Made by a program: the position numbers and the translations under genes. A DNA stretch of 64,000 nucleotides. Source: Octopus sinensis. Its lineage: Eukaryota. Shown piece after piece: positions 22,170 through 35,049 of this stretch (position 1 is its first letter; each line of letters starts with the position of its first letter). The stretch is taken from contig NC_042999.1 of NCBI RefSeq assembly GCF_006345805.1, forward strand, positions 136,524,001-136,588,000, in the 5' to 3' direction. The notes under the pieces are model-generated. The model had not been told where the DNA came from. It ran no database searches and was given only the letters and a program-made list of their open reading frames with translations.

Positions 22170-22560
22170 AATATTCCTGTTGTACATTTTGGATTGTCAC
22201 CATGCTGAAAAATCCAAGACTGATCCAAATAAATTTTGGCAGATGGAATATAGCTCTCTTGAAGATCTACAGACAGGCTGCACTGTTCATGATACCTTGA
22301 TATAAATTATGGGTCTAATCCCCTTTTGTGGATGTGCAACCTCCAACTATGGCAGTGCAACCCCAAACTGTGACCAGATTCTGGAACTCTGGGTGAAAAT
22401 ATTTTCCTATGTATTGCCAGATATTCAAAATGTCAATAGCAGTAATTTTCCTGTTTTTCTTTATGATACAAACAGTAGCAGTATTGATCCATCTTTTCTG
22501 AAGTTTTTTGTGGTTGCATTGATCAAGGATAGTCAGAAAAACCACCAGTTTAATTGAAAA
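22170..22560 (-). pseudogene. Tc1-like transposase remnant
   Basis: Minus-strand frames give TVWGC…, GIMNSAA… and QESYIPSAKIYLDQSWIFQHGDNPKCT, matching Tc1 VWGC / GIMNS / WIFQHDNDPKHT. Confidence 0.7.
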
Positions 22561-23256
22561 TGTCCACAGGTAATCAGCAGTTACTGAGCACCCAACCTTA
22601 GCAACTATAGTTAGAAAAGTCTATTTCAACTTATGCAATTAAATAAATCACAACCACATATCTGATCACAAATTTTTGATTTAGTAATTCACAAAAGAAT
22701 TTAGAATGATATAATCAAATAGTTATTAATAACTTGTTTTACATAGATAAAATATAATACCAAATATTAAAATTAAATTACTTTTTCTAAAATATTCTTA
22801 AATTAAATGATATTCATTTTTCTATCTATTAATAAAGTCAATAATTTCATTTATTAATACTTCCAATAACTACATAATGCTAATTTCAATGTTTTCATGT
22901 TTAACTCTTGATACCAACCTGCATGAGAAAATCACTGGTTCTATGATAAACTTAATGTTTCAAAATTATTTCAAAATTAAAAGTTTCTATCAAAATTTCA
23001 TGTTATGTTCAGAACTACAGCTTAATAATGACAAAATTATTTTGCTAAATTCTTCATCATTTCTAATTGAAACAAAGGTAGTGTACTTTCACAGAAGTAT
23101 GGTAACAAAAGGGTTAAACTTACATTAAAACTTTCTTTTCTTCATGACTCTCTTTATTGTAACTAATTAACATTAATTATGAGTATACCCTTGACTTGAA
23201 ACTAAGTGTATATTGAAACTATGTATATTTGTATGCATATATATATATTTGTATGC

Positions 23257-23340
<84 letters not shown>

Positions 23341-23430
23341 ATGCATATATTTGTATGCATATATTTGTATGCATATATATATATTTGTATGCATATATGT
23401 ATATTTGTATGCATATATATATATGTGTAT

Positions 23431-23830
23431 CTGTGCCGGTGGCACATAAAAAGCACCATCCGAACGTGGCTGATGCCAGCGCTGCCTCGAAAGGCTCCAG
23501 TGCCGGTGGCACATAAAAAGCACCATCCGAACGTGGCCGATGCTAGTGCCACCTTGGTTGGCTTCCGTGCCGGTGGCACATTAAAAGCACCAACCAATTG
23601 TGGCCGATGCCGGACTCCCCTGGCACCTGTGCAGGTGGCACGTAAAAAGCACCCACTACACTCGCGGAGTGGTTGGCGTTAGGAAGGGCATCCAGCTGTA
23701 GAAACTCTGCCAGATCAGACTGGAGCCTGGTGCAGCCCCTGGCTTCCCAGACCCCGGTCGAACCGTCCAACCCGTGCTAGCACGGAAAACAGACGTTAAA
23801 CGATGATGATGATGATGATGATGATGATGA
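23431..23830 (+). mobile_element. RTE 3' UTR/tail with four hairpin modules, in (TA)n
   Basis: gtgc[c/a]ggtggcac at ~23433, 23500, 23567 and 23628; (GAT)n tail. Confidence 0.9.
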
Positions 23831-24411
<581 letters not shown>

Positions 24412-24615
24412 TAATTTTAATCCAAACGGGAAAACAACAACAATGGAACAATTACAGTATTATTATTAATAGGCGCTCAGGAAATGGAAGCAGGAAGGTA
24501 TGACGTTTCGAGCGGAGCTCTTCGTCGGAAACATAAAGAAGGAAGAGAGAGGAAAGAAAGATCCCAAAGTGGGCAACAGGAGATAGGGAAAAAAACGACT
24601 GGTGTTTACAAGTTA
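24412..24615 (-). mobile_element. Penelope-like terminal fragment with hammerhead-like motif (24498-24532), in (TA)n
   Basis: Homologue of 7893-8092. Confidence 0.6.
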
Positions 24616-25255
24616 CACATATATATATGTATATACACATATATATGTATATATATATATGTGTGTATCCTTGCTTTCTGCTGAGTTCAAAAATGTTGTT
24701 TAAATGCTGGTGCCTAGGACCCAGACATGGGACAATCCCATCCAACCCACAGATGACCAGTATAGTCAGAGAAGCTTAAAACCAGTAGAAATGCTGAGTC
24801 TTCAGCTATCAGGGTTCTGAAAATGGCTGGCTGTGAGATTCGTATCACTGCACTCTTTGTCTATCTGCCAGAAAGTCACCATTAAATTTGACATGTTATT
24901 GACTACAGGATGTCTGACTCTAAATTAGAACTGGAACACTAGTACTGTGGCCATTATCCCTGCTATTGGTATTATCACTGATGTTGTCATTATTAATATC
25001 ATTTTCTTGGTCATGCCCACTTAGATATGGAAGTTGTGACCTCAAACATTTGTAATCATTTATCCCTTACTGTATTGTACCACTGATGGTGTTTTTGAAA
25101 ATTTGTGTGTATATATATATATCACAGTGAGGATATTCAAACCTCTTCAGGGATATTTATCCAAGACACATTGGTTTAATATATTAAACTTTAAAGAGAT
25201 AATTCTTCAATGAATATATTATATAGAATATCGTAAGATATCAAACATTGTTATA

Positions 25256-25564
25256 GAGTTAGAAAACAAAGATATCTAATGTATACAAATTAGTTTATTA
25301 ATTAATCAACATATTAACCAACAATTGTTTCATTTCTCAAATAAGATTAAAATTACAAAACATAAAAATATAATTTTGCATTTTAAATACCTTATAAGGA
25401 AAACCTTGATGATTTTCCTTATAATGTATTTAAAATGCAAAACTATAATTTTATACGTTTTTTTTAATTTTAATCTTATTTGAGAAATGAAACAATTGGT
25501 GGTTAATATGTTGATTAATTAATAAATTAATTTGTATCCATTAGATCTCTCTGTTTTCTAACTC
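25256..25564. repeat. ~150-bp-arm inverted repeat with 9-nt loop CCTTGATGA
   Basis: 25256-25403 is the imperfect reverse complement of 25413-25564. Confidence 0.9.
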
Positions 25565-25593
25565 AATATATATATATGCATGTATGTATGTAT

Positions 25594-25636
<43 letters not shown>

Positions 25637-26933
25637 TATATATATACACACACACACTCAAAATTTGTATAATGGGAATATATACTGAACATATAGCAGC
25701 AGTTGCATTTCTTGCTGAGCACTGAAAAGGTAATCTTACAAGATTAAAACATGTTTCAACAACAATTATGTAATACTGGGAGGAATTTTTGTTGAAACAT
25801 ATATATGTTTTAAATGAATAGACTACCAAATATGTTTTCTATCTTTTATTGATGCTATACATGTATTTATTTTCATGTAAAGTTATGCATAAAAAAAAGT
25901 TTGACAATAAGATGAAAGATCACTCAATTCTTTTGCATGTGTGTGTTCACAAGTGTACAAATGCCTTCACAAATGAGCTATGATAAAAATCTTGGTGTCA
26001 ATATGAACCTTTTCCTTGTATAAAAGAATTAGAGCGTGTAGGAAGGAGGAGGGTATATGTGTGTTTGTATTCACAAATGCACAAATATCTTCACAAATGA
26101 AACTTTAGGAAAAAAATGAGAGATCACTAAACTGTAGCTTGCAAACACTGAACTATAGCTAATGAAGCATGAAACAACTTCAGTGGGTAGGGGAAATACC
26201 CTAAGTAACAAACAAATAAACATTTAGTAAAAATACTTTCAAGCAACTCTTGATAAAAAAGAGAGGAAATAACAATAATGAAATATGAAAAGAAGGAACC
26301 ATGACCAGAGAAACAGGAAAATTTCAAAACAATGAAATGACAAAGATAAACAACAGTTCTTTATCTCTATGTCATCTCATTGAACAAAAATATAATCAAA
26401 ATAACAAATAAACAAATATACCAATGACAGCCATACACACTGCTCTGAAAGTAACATAACATTGGAAATCAAACAATAACAGAAAAAAATGCCTCTAAAA
26501 TAAACAATCTGAATAAGATTGACAATCGATGAGTGAAACGATAACTATAAACAAAGAATAAATTCACTTCAAATATATATAAATCAAGAATGAACAACGA
26601 AAGGTAAAAAAGTTCTTGCCTGAAGATCACAATGGCATGAAACATGGAATGAAAGAAACAAATGAATTAAGATTAAACAAGTAATATTCTTGGCAACATA
26701 TACTGAATACTCTATTTCGTTTCTGTTAGCAAGTTAGAACATCTGAGTGTGTGTGTGTTAGTATAGTTTTTAAAAATATATATAATACATAAACAGGGCC
26801 TGAAATATTGCTTGGAGATATATGCAGTATTTTATAAATATCCCCAGTTAAAGTAACATAAATGCATGAAACTATCAGTAGCTCTTTTGGTTGTGTTCCA
26901 AATTAATGCCTATATATATGTGTGTGTGTATAT

Positions 26934-27006
<73 letters not shown>

Positions 27007-27015
27007 GTGTGTGTT

Positions 27016-27059
<44 letters not shown>

Positions 27060-27062
<3 letters not shown>

Positions 27063-28582
27063 AGAAATATGTTTCAGAAAGAAAATAGAAGCTACACGTG
27101 GAAAAGATATGGGGAAAATAAGAAGAAAAAAGCGATAATGCATATTGGATATCAAAAAAATAAAGGCTTCTATATGAAAAGTAGCGATAAATAAATACAA
27201 TTAGATGAACTGAAGTAGAATTAAGAGGAATTAAATTAATTATTTTGAATTGTTAAAGAGATTCAGAATAAAACCGGTATCGTCATTGCTGTTCACTGGC
27301 TTTGAATGCACACCGATTATCAAACAGTGTTGGGTCTACTAGTCCCTGATTAAAAAGATTGTGTAAGGGAGGTGTTCAGTGAACATTGGTAGAAGGGGAA
27401 AATTAAGAAATTGGGATTAAGGTTCCTAGCATACCTATCTATGTATTCACTGACCTGTATCTGTTTGTATCGTGGGTGGTGGATTTGTTGTTTGTGAAGA
27501 GTGGTTCTTCAGTGGAGTGATATTCCTGTTTGGCCAATATATTGATTACCGCACCCTAAGTGGGTAATGGCATAGATTAGGTTTTCTGAGGCACAGGTGA
27601 AATTTGATTTAATCTTAAATATTTCATCTTGTTTAATGTGGAACTCTGTATCCACCAAAAGGTGGGGGCTTGTGCCACAGTTAGGCCAACCGCATCTTTT
27701 CACTTTTGGTTCTGTTGTTATGGATAAAGTCTTGTGTAGGTTTATATTTTTTCAATGATTTCAGTTGCATTTTGCTCTTGATAATTTTGTGTGAGCCCAG
27801 TCAGAATGGGTAGATTTTGGATGATAATGTTGAAAGCTTCGTTGTTTCTAGGGTTATGTGTGGAGATGTATAGGAGTATTTTTAAGTCTGGTGTAGTATT
27901 TCAGTTGACTTCCCTTGATGTTCATATGTCTATTTGCTCGTTTAATCTCATCATTTATTAATGATGTTGGGTAATGTCTCTTGATTAGTATTGATCTGAG
28001 TTCAAGGAGTCTTTGTTTTGGTGTCTGAAACTATGGTACAGATTCTTTTCGCTAGATTATAAGGTATATTAATTTTTATGAGTTTGGGGTGGCATGAGTT
28101 GAATAATAGGTATTGTTTTGAATCTGTGTGTTTATAGAACATGTCCGTTCCGATGTGGTTATTGACTATTTTAATTAGGATGTCAAGAAAAGAGAGTTTT
28201 TTTATTGCTGTGTTCCAAGGTAAATTGTATGTTGCTGTTGATATTGTTGAGCATTATTTTGAAATCGAGGAGTGTGTCCATGCTATCTTTCCAAAGTATA
28301 AAGCAATCATCATATTTTTGTAGTGATGATTGGCATATTTTAAGTTCTAGGTAACCCATTACAAGGTTCGCGATCACTGGGGCAGCTCATGTTCCCATCG
28401 CAATTCCACATTTTTGTGAATAGTAGACTGTATCGAACATGAAATAGTTGTTCAGTAGGATGAATTTCAGTGCTGCAATTATGAATCTGTGGTTGATGCA
28501 TCTTGGGATCTCTTCTGGGTATTTTTCTAGTCCGAAGGTAACTGCTTCTATGCCATAATCATGTGGGATATTGGTGTGTACA
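27060..28582 (-). mobile_element. Decayed Penelope-like element (Neptune-type RT + GIY-YIG), 5'-truncated
   Basis: TNIPHDYGIEA…LKFILLNNYF…GIAMGT*AAP.IANLVMGYLE…DDCF…NIQFTLE; Cys linker CGWPNCGT; FTCASENLIYAI…YIGQTG. The 3' end abuts (TA)n. Confidence 0.88.
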
Positions 28583-28614
28583 CACACACATATATATACA
28601 TACATATATATATA

Positions 28615-28700
28615 TCATCATCATCATCATCTAATATCCATTGTCCATGCTGACATGGGTTGGACAATTTGACTGGGCTGGCATGCTGGAAGGCTGCACC
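28615..28700 (-). mobile_element. Short RTE tail
   Basis: (cat)n…ccatgctgacatgggttggac. Confidence 0.7.
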
Positions 28701-28826
28701 ATATATACATATACATATATATACACACATCTATAAATATATATATATACATACATGTCTATATATCTATACATACACACACACACATATATATATATAT
28801 ACACCCACCCACATGTATATATGAAT

Positions 28827-29819
28827 CAGGCAATAACGGAGGAATTCAAGACAGGATGCCCCTGGGAGCTCCTCTATGCTGATGACCTTGCTCTAATTGC
28901 TGAGTCACTATCAGAACTGGAGGAGAAGTTTCAGGTGTGGAAGCAAGGATTAGAATCGAAGAGCCTTAGAATCAACCTAGCCAAAACCAAAGTCCTAATA
29001 AATAGGAAGGTTGACCAATCACAAACGCCTTCAGGTAGATGGCCCTGCTCGATCTGTAGAAAAGGTGTAGGTAGAAACTCTATAAGATGCACCAAGTGTA
29101 AGCTATGGACACATAAGAGGTGCAGCAATGTCAAAGGAAGGCTAACTAGGAAAATAGTTTTTGTTTGCTCAGGAGCAATAAACACTGAAAATGTGCAGAG
29201 ACCAACTTCTACCACATTCCAGGGAGAAAAACTAGAAGTAGTTGATAGCTTCCGCTACCTAGGTGACCAAGTCAGTAGCGGGGGTGGATGTGCTGAAAGT
29301 GTAACTGCTAGAGTAAGAATAGCCTGGGCAAAGTTCAGAGAGCTCTTACCCCTACTGGTGACAAAAGGCCTCTCGCTCAGAGTAAAAGGCAGACTGTATG
29401 ATGCATGTGTACGAACAGCCATGCTATATGGTAGTGAAACATGGGCTGTGACTGCTGAGGATATGCGTAAGCTCACAAGAAATGAAGCCAGTATGCTCCG
29501 ATGGATGTGTAATGTCAGTGTTCATACTCAACAGAGTGTAAGTACCTTGAGAGAAAAGTTGGAACTAAGAAGCATCAGTTATGGTGTGCAAGAGAGACGT
29601 TTGCGCTGGTATGGTCATGTGATGAGAATGGCTGAAGATAGTTGTGTGCAAAAGTGCCACACCCTAGCAGTTGAGGGAACCTGTGGAAGAGGTAGACCCA
29701 GAAAAACCTGGGTCGAGGTGGTGAAGCACGACCTTCGAACTTTAGGTCTCACCAAGGAAATGACTAGAGACCGAGACCTATGGAAGTATGCTGTGTGTGA
29801 GAAGACCCGGCAAGACTAG
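28827..29819 (+). CDS. RTE reverse transcriptase C-terminal half with an inserted PHD-like finger (open, 5'-truncated)
   Basis: ORF 28755-29819 (354 aa); the first ~24 aa derive from microsatellite. Confidence 0.65.
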   Translation, partial: QAITEEFKTGCPWELLYADDLALIAESLSELEEKFQVWKQGLESKSLRINLAKTKVLINRKVDQSQTPSGRWPCSICRKGVGRNSIRCTKCKLWTHKRCSNVKGRLTRKIVFVCSGAINTENVQRPTSTTFQGEKLEVVDSFRYLGDQVSSGGGCAESVTARVRIAWAKFRELLPLLVTKGLSLRVKGRLYDACVRTAMLYGSETWAVTAEDMRKLTRNEASMLRWMCNVSVHTQQSVSTLREKLELRSISYGVQERRLRWYGHVMRMAEDSCVQKCHTLAVEGTCGRGRPRKTWVEVVKHDLRTLGLTKEMTRDRDLWKYAVCEKTRQD

Positions 29820-30470
29820 TGAGACCATAACCCGTGGCTTCTGCCTGGTATGTAGCCAGTTGACTTATACATACCTTTCCATCTTGGGACACAAAACACC
29901 ACTTGTGAAGACCTGTTGAGGCAAGTAAAAATCCAAAATCCAAATCCAAATCCAAATCAAATCAGATATCAGAAAGCAGAACCAAAATCGAAGTCGATCA
30001 ACATAAATGGAAATTGCAGCTGTGATACCAGTGCCGGTGACAAGTAAGCAAACCATCCGATCGTGGCCATTGCCAGCGCCGCCCCGACTGGCCTCTGTGC
30101 CGGTGGCACGTAAAAAGTACCATCCGTTCATGGCCATTGCCAGCCTCGCCTGGACCCCGTGCCAGTGGCACGTAAAAAGCACCATCCGATTGTGGCCATT
30201 GCCAGCATCGCCTGGCCCCCGTGCCGGTGGCACGTAAAAAGCACCATCCGTCCGTGGCCGTTTGCCAGCCCCGTCTGGCACCTGTGCGGGTGGCACGTAA
30301 AATGCACCCACTACACTCACAGAGTGGTTGGCATTAGGAAGGGCATCCAGCCGTAGAAACACTGCCAGATCAGACTGGGCCTGATGCAGCCTTCTGGTTT
30401 CCCAGACCCCAGTTGAATCGTCCAACCCATGCTAGCATGGAAAGCGGATGCTAAATGATGATGATGATGA

Positions 30471-30473
<3 letters not shown>
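28827..30473 (+). mobile_element. 5'-truncated RTE LINE with five 3' hairpin modules and (GAT)n tail
   Basis: ORF with ELLYADD, Cys/His finger, FRYLGDQ, LYGSETW, RRLRWYGH; followed by (TA)n. Confidence 0.93.
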
Positions 30474-30505
<32 letters not shown>

Positions 30506-31293
30506 TCACACACACACATGCACGTGCATGCACACACACACACAAATACACACACATACACACAGAGACTTTGTAGGATAGTGCAAGACAGTATATGTGA
30601 GTCAAATCTCAACAGCTTGGGAAAAGTAGATATTAACATGGTAATGGTATTGACGTTGATGGTGTTGGAGGCAGTGAGAGTAATGACAATGATGATGATA
30701 ATACTACAAGACACATGATGTGTATATGTGCGTATGTATACAGCTTCCAACATATACATAAATTCCAATGTATATAACACACCAACTATAGATTATTCAG
30801 ACAGTAGAATGTTTTCCTTTCCTTCCAACAAATATATGCTAATTCGCTAATAATTCCAATAACTCCAAGAGTGATGCTGTTAGCAGACACCTAAAGACAA
30901 TGCTTAATATAACTTCAGGCTTCCTAATATTTTCTAATACAAATGTAGACAGGAAAAACAGCATTTAAAATGATTTCTTAAGAAATAAAGGACACCATCA
31001 TTTACTAAATAAGACATAACTACAAGAGACAGCCATATGATTTCTTTTTATCAGTTCTATTCTCCCACTGCATATGTGTGAGTATTTGAGTGTGTGCATA
31101 TGCACACATGTGTGTATTTATGTATGCATATATATATATATATATATATATACACAAATTATATATGTGTATGTATATATATGTACACATATAAGCATAT
31201 ATATATTTATACATATGTATGTGTATGTATATATATGTATACATATGTATACACACACACATACACACACATATATACATATCTATATGTATG

Positions 31294-31355
<62 letters not shown>

Positions 31356-31404
31356 CATGCATGCATTGACATGCGCACATACACATTTCTACACAAATGT
31401 GTAG

Positions 31405-31785
31405 AAGTGGCTGTGTGGTAAGTAGCTTACTTACCAACCACATGGTTCTGGGTTCTGTCCCACCTTGAGTAACTGTCTTCTACTATAGCCTCGAGCTGAC
31501 CAAAGCCTTATGAGTGGATTTGGTGGTTGGAAACTGAAAGAAGTCTGTCATATATATGTGTGTGTATGTGTGTGTGTGTGCTTATGTATCTGTGTTTGTC
31601 CCCCTACCATCGCTTGACAACCAATATTAGTGTGTTTACATCCCTGTAACTTAGCGGTTTAGCAAAAAAGACCGATAGAATAAGTACTTGGCTTACAAAG
31701 AATGAGTCCTGGAGTCAATTTATTCAACTAAAGGCAGTACTCCAGCATGCCTGCAATCAAATGACTGAAACAAATAAAAGAAAAC
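31405..31785 (+). mobile_element. SINE family A
   Basis: Head, (TG)n tract and tail all present. Confidence 0.85.
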
Positions 31786-31819
31786 GTATAAAAATACACA
31801 TACATACACACACATGTAT

Positions 31820-31921
31820 ATATAATACACTTCTAACTCATGTTAGAGTGAAAAAACATAAAAACAAGAGAATATTATGTATATATAGATATATGATGAT
31901 GATAATGTGATGACAATGATG

Positions 31922-31967
<46 letters not shown>

Positions 31968-32030
31968 GACACATATTATTCTCTTGTCTTTATATTTTCC
32001 ATTCTAGCATGAGTTAGAGCGTATTATATA
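31820..32030. repeat. Inverted repeat (~60-bp arms) around a microsatellite spacer
   Basis: tataatacacttctaactcatgttagagtgaaaaaacataaaaacaagagaat vs attctcttgtctttatattttccattctagcatgagttagagcgtattata. Confidence 0.75.
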
Positions 32031-32331
32031 TTCACATATACATATATATATTTATGTGTACACACACCACTTGTACACACTCATGTGTATATGCATCAAC
32101 ACAAGAATAGCCATATACTATACATGCATGTGTACAAACAAGAACGACAGCCATATATGATTTCATGTTATCAGTTCTATTTTTCTATTAATTTATATAT
32201 TTCTTAAGAAATAAAGGAAAGCAACATTTCACTAAGTATTAACTCTGAGAAGCAACCATAAGATTTCATTATATATTCTCTATACTTCTATTGAACACAC
32301 ACACACATGTATATATACATATATGTACTAC

Positions 32332-32362
<31 letters not shown>

Positions 32363-32514
32363 GTTATATACATATACATATATATACACACACACACACT
32401 TGTGTGTATATACATACATACATACTTACATACATACATATATACAATATGTAGGTATGTATGTAAATACACTTACCCAATGAGTGACATATTATCATTG
32501 TAAACTGCTGCAAT

Positions 32515-33445
32515 AGCAAAGGGAATGCCTTGGAGAGAGAAAACTACTGAGAAATCAAACTACTGGTTCAAGTTATGAAAGTCACAGAGAAAGTCATAAC
32601 ACAACTGATCTGTTACAAAGTAAACCCAGATGAGATGTAGTTTGGTTTCTTGCCTGGAAGAGGCATCACAAATGTAGTCTTCCTCATGAGGCATATGTAG
32701 GAGAAATACTCAGCTGAGAGTAAACTACTATTCTTGGCAATTGTTGACATGGAGTGTGAAAGGATAGCCATGTTGAATAATTTAATGGTTACTAAGGGAA
32801 CTAGGTGTAAAGAAATAGCTTTTGAAGAGTATACAAGCTATGTACAAAGATGTAGTTTAGTAAGGGAAGTCAACAATGATTTAAGTGACAAGTTTAGCAT
32901 GAACAGAGAAATTAATCAAGGTTCAGTCCTTAGTCAGCATAGTCTTCCTACAGGCTATCACAGAGGAGTTTAAGACTGGCTGTCCATAGGACAATAAGCT
33001 GGTGATCTAGTTCACCTAGTTGAATCTATAAAGGAATTTGAGTTGAAAGTTCAGGTATGGAAGATAAACCTTGATATTAGTAGTAGGGACACTGTGTTTT
33101 GTCATGCAACCATAATATACTACAGAGTATATTAAGCATTGAGTTTGTGGGTAGTTAATGGGTTGGATGTGGTGCTGAAGAAGCAGCAAGAACTCCTGAA
33201 ATATGCATATACACTCATTACCTGTTTTCTCATTGTCAATTGCATTGTTAATTACATTAGACATATTTGGATATGAAATGTAACAAACCAGAACTGATTG
33301 TAATTTCTACAGAAAATCTGTTGAGATAACCTTAACATGTGCCAAACCTAGAATCAAGAGGCCTCAAAATTAGCAAAGACCAAAATTTCAGTGAGTAGGA
33401 AAGAAGACAGGACTTGGATATCTTTGGGGAAATGGCCTTGCTCCA
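32515..33445 (+). mobile_element. Old RTE LINE RT fragment with an ~280-bp interruption
   Basis: IKLLVQVMKVTEKV…FGFLPGRGITNVVF…QGSVLS…QAITEEFKTGCP…; resumes LESRGLK…KWPCS at ~33345. Confidence 0.75.
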
Positions 33446-33559
33446 CCTCTTCAAAGTCCTTTTGAATGCTTGGAATAATAGATTGTTATAGCACATTCAA
33501 GTAAATGGGTCCGGTCAAATTACCTTCAAAAATGCATGTATTTATATATGTTTTTCTTT

Positions 33560-33795
33560 GTGTGTGTGTCTTTGGGTCTGCATTTGTTCACTCACCACCA
33601 CTTGACAACTGGCATTAGTTTGTTTACATTCTTGTAACTTAGCGGTTTGGTAAAAGAGAACGATAGAATAAGTACTAGGCTTTAAAAAAAGTACTGTGGT
33701 TGATCCATTCAACTAAAATTCTTCAAGGCAGTGCCCCAGCATGGCCACAGTCTAATGACTGAAACAAGTAAAAGATAAATGATAAAGTAAAAGAT
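33560..33795 (+). mobile_element. SINE family A tail
   Basis: gtaacttagcggtttgg…ccccagcatggccacagtctaatgactgaaacaagtaaaagat. Confidence 0.85.
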
Positions 33796-34219
33796 AATGC
33801 ATTCCTGACTGAGATATGTTTACATCACAATAAAGACTCTTAATGAAACAATTGTAGCAGCACCAAATAGCCCATTCATCTCTTTTTATTTCACATACAC
33901 ACATGCATACATACATATCCGGATTACAAATTTACATTTATACCAATAATAATAGGAACACTTGGTTTCATAAGTAAATGTCTAACTGTCAGTTTGGATA
34001 AGCTTGGATTTTCAGAAAAAAAAAATCAACCAACTGGTTCGTACATTACAAATATAATCTGTAAGTGGAACAGTAAAACAGTACAAGACTTTTCTCAAGT
34101 TTAAAATGTGACATTGTTTTCATTATCTACATTCCAAAGATGGAGATTTGTATCTTTGTTAGAAACCAGTACCTTCTTCAGAAGAAAAATTTAAATGATT
34201 GAATACAGAAAAGTCATAC

Positions 34220-34402
34220 ATCATCATCATCGTTTAGCGTCCGCTTTCCACGCTAGCATGGGTTGGACGGGTCAACTGGGGTCTGTGAAGCTGGAAGGCT
34301 TCGTCAGGCCCAGTCAGATTTGGCAGTGTTTCTACGGCTGGATGCCCTTCCTAATGCCAACCACTCCGCGAGTGTAGTGGATGTTTTTTACGTGCCACCT
34401 GC
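34220..34402 (-). mobile_element. RTE tail
   Basis: Reverse complement of the RTE 3' end. Confidence 0.85.
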
Positions 34403-35049
34403 ATACATATTTATACATATATTCATAAATATATATACACACTCACACACACACACATTTTATGAACAACAAATTACATAGACCTCACTGCACATCCAAT
34501 CTGATGATTGGGAACACAAAATTTGAATAACTAGATTTGAGGGACCAGTTGCAATAACCATAAATGCCTGTCACCTTTTAGCACTGAGTACTGTTTTGAA
34601 CTTCTGGCCTGTACCTATGTACACTGCGTGCATGTACTGCACACACACATATACATACACACAAACACACATGTATACATATATGAATTGACACACACAC
34701 ACACATTCATATGTATTTTCTTAATTGATTTCCTTTTTCCTCTCCCCATCTGTCTATTTATCAAAACCTATTTGTCAGCCTGCTAGTATGCCTGTTCATC
34801 TGTCTGTCTCTTAATACACTTGTCTATTTATCCATGAGTCTCAGCATTTATAAGTATACACATCTATTTATCTGTCTTTCTATTTACGTAGGTAGATATC
34901 TACCTATCTGTTTATCTACCTACCTACATATCTGTCTGTCTTCTACATCTTTCTCCTCTGTTTCTTCTTATATCTGCAGGTTATTTATCCACAAATCTAT
35001 TTGTTTATATTTCTTTCTGCCTTTCTATCTGCTTATAGCTTTCTACACA

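Noticed and set aside
23433-23660. CRISPR-like palindromic repeats with ~35-bp spacers (also at 30031-30310)
   Set aside because: The spacers are related to each other and the array is part of an RTE 3' UTR; no cas genes.
26330-26382. ~52-nt hairpin resembling a pre-miRNA
   Set aside because: Short, AT-rich and bulged; nothing else supports it.
26618-26650. ctgaaga…gaaacatg hammerhead-like string
   Set aside because: No NUH cleavage triplet and no stem I.
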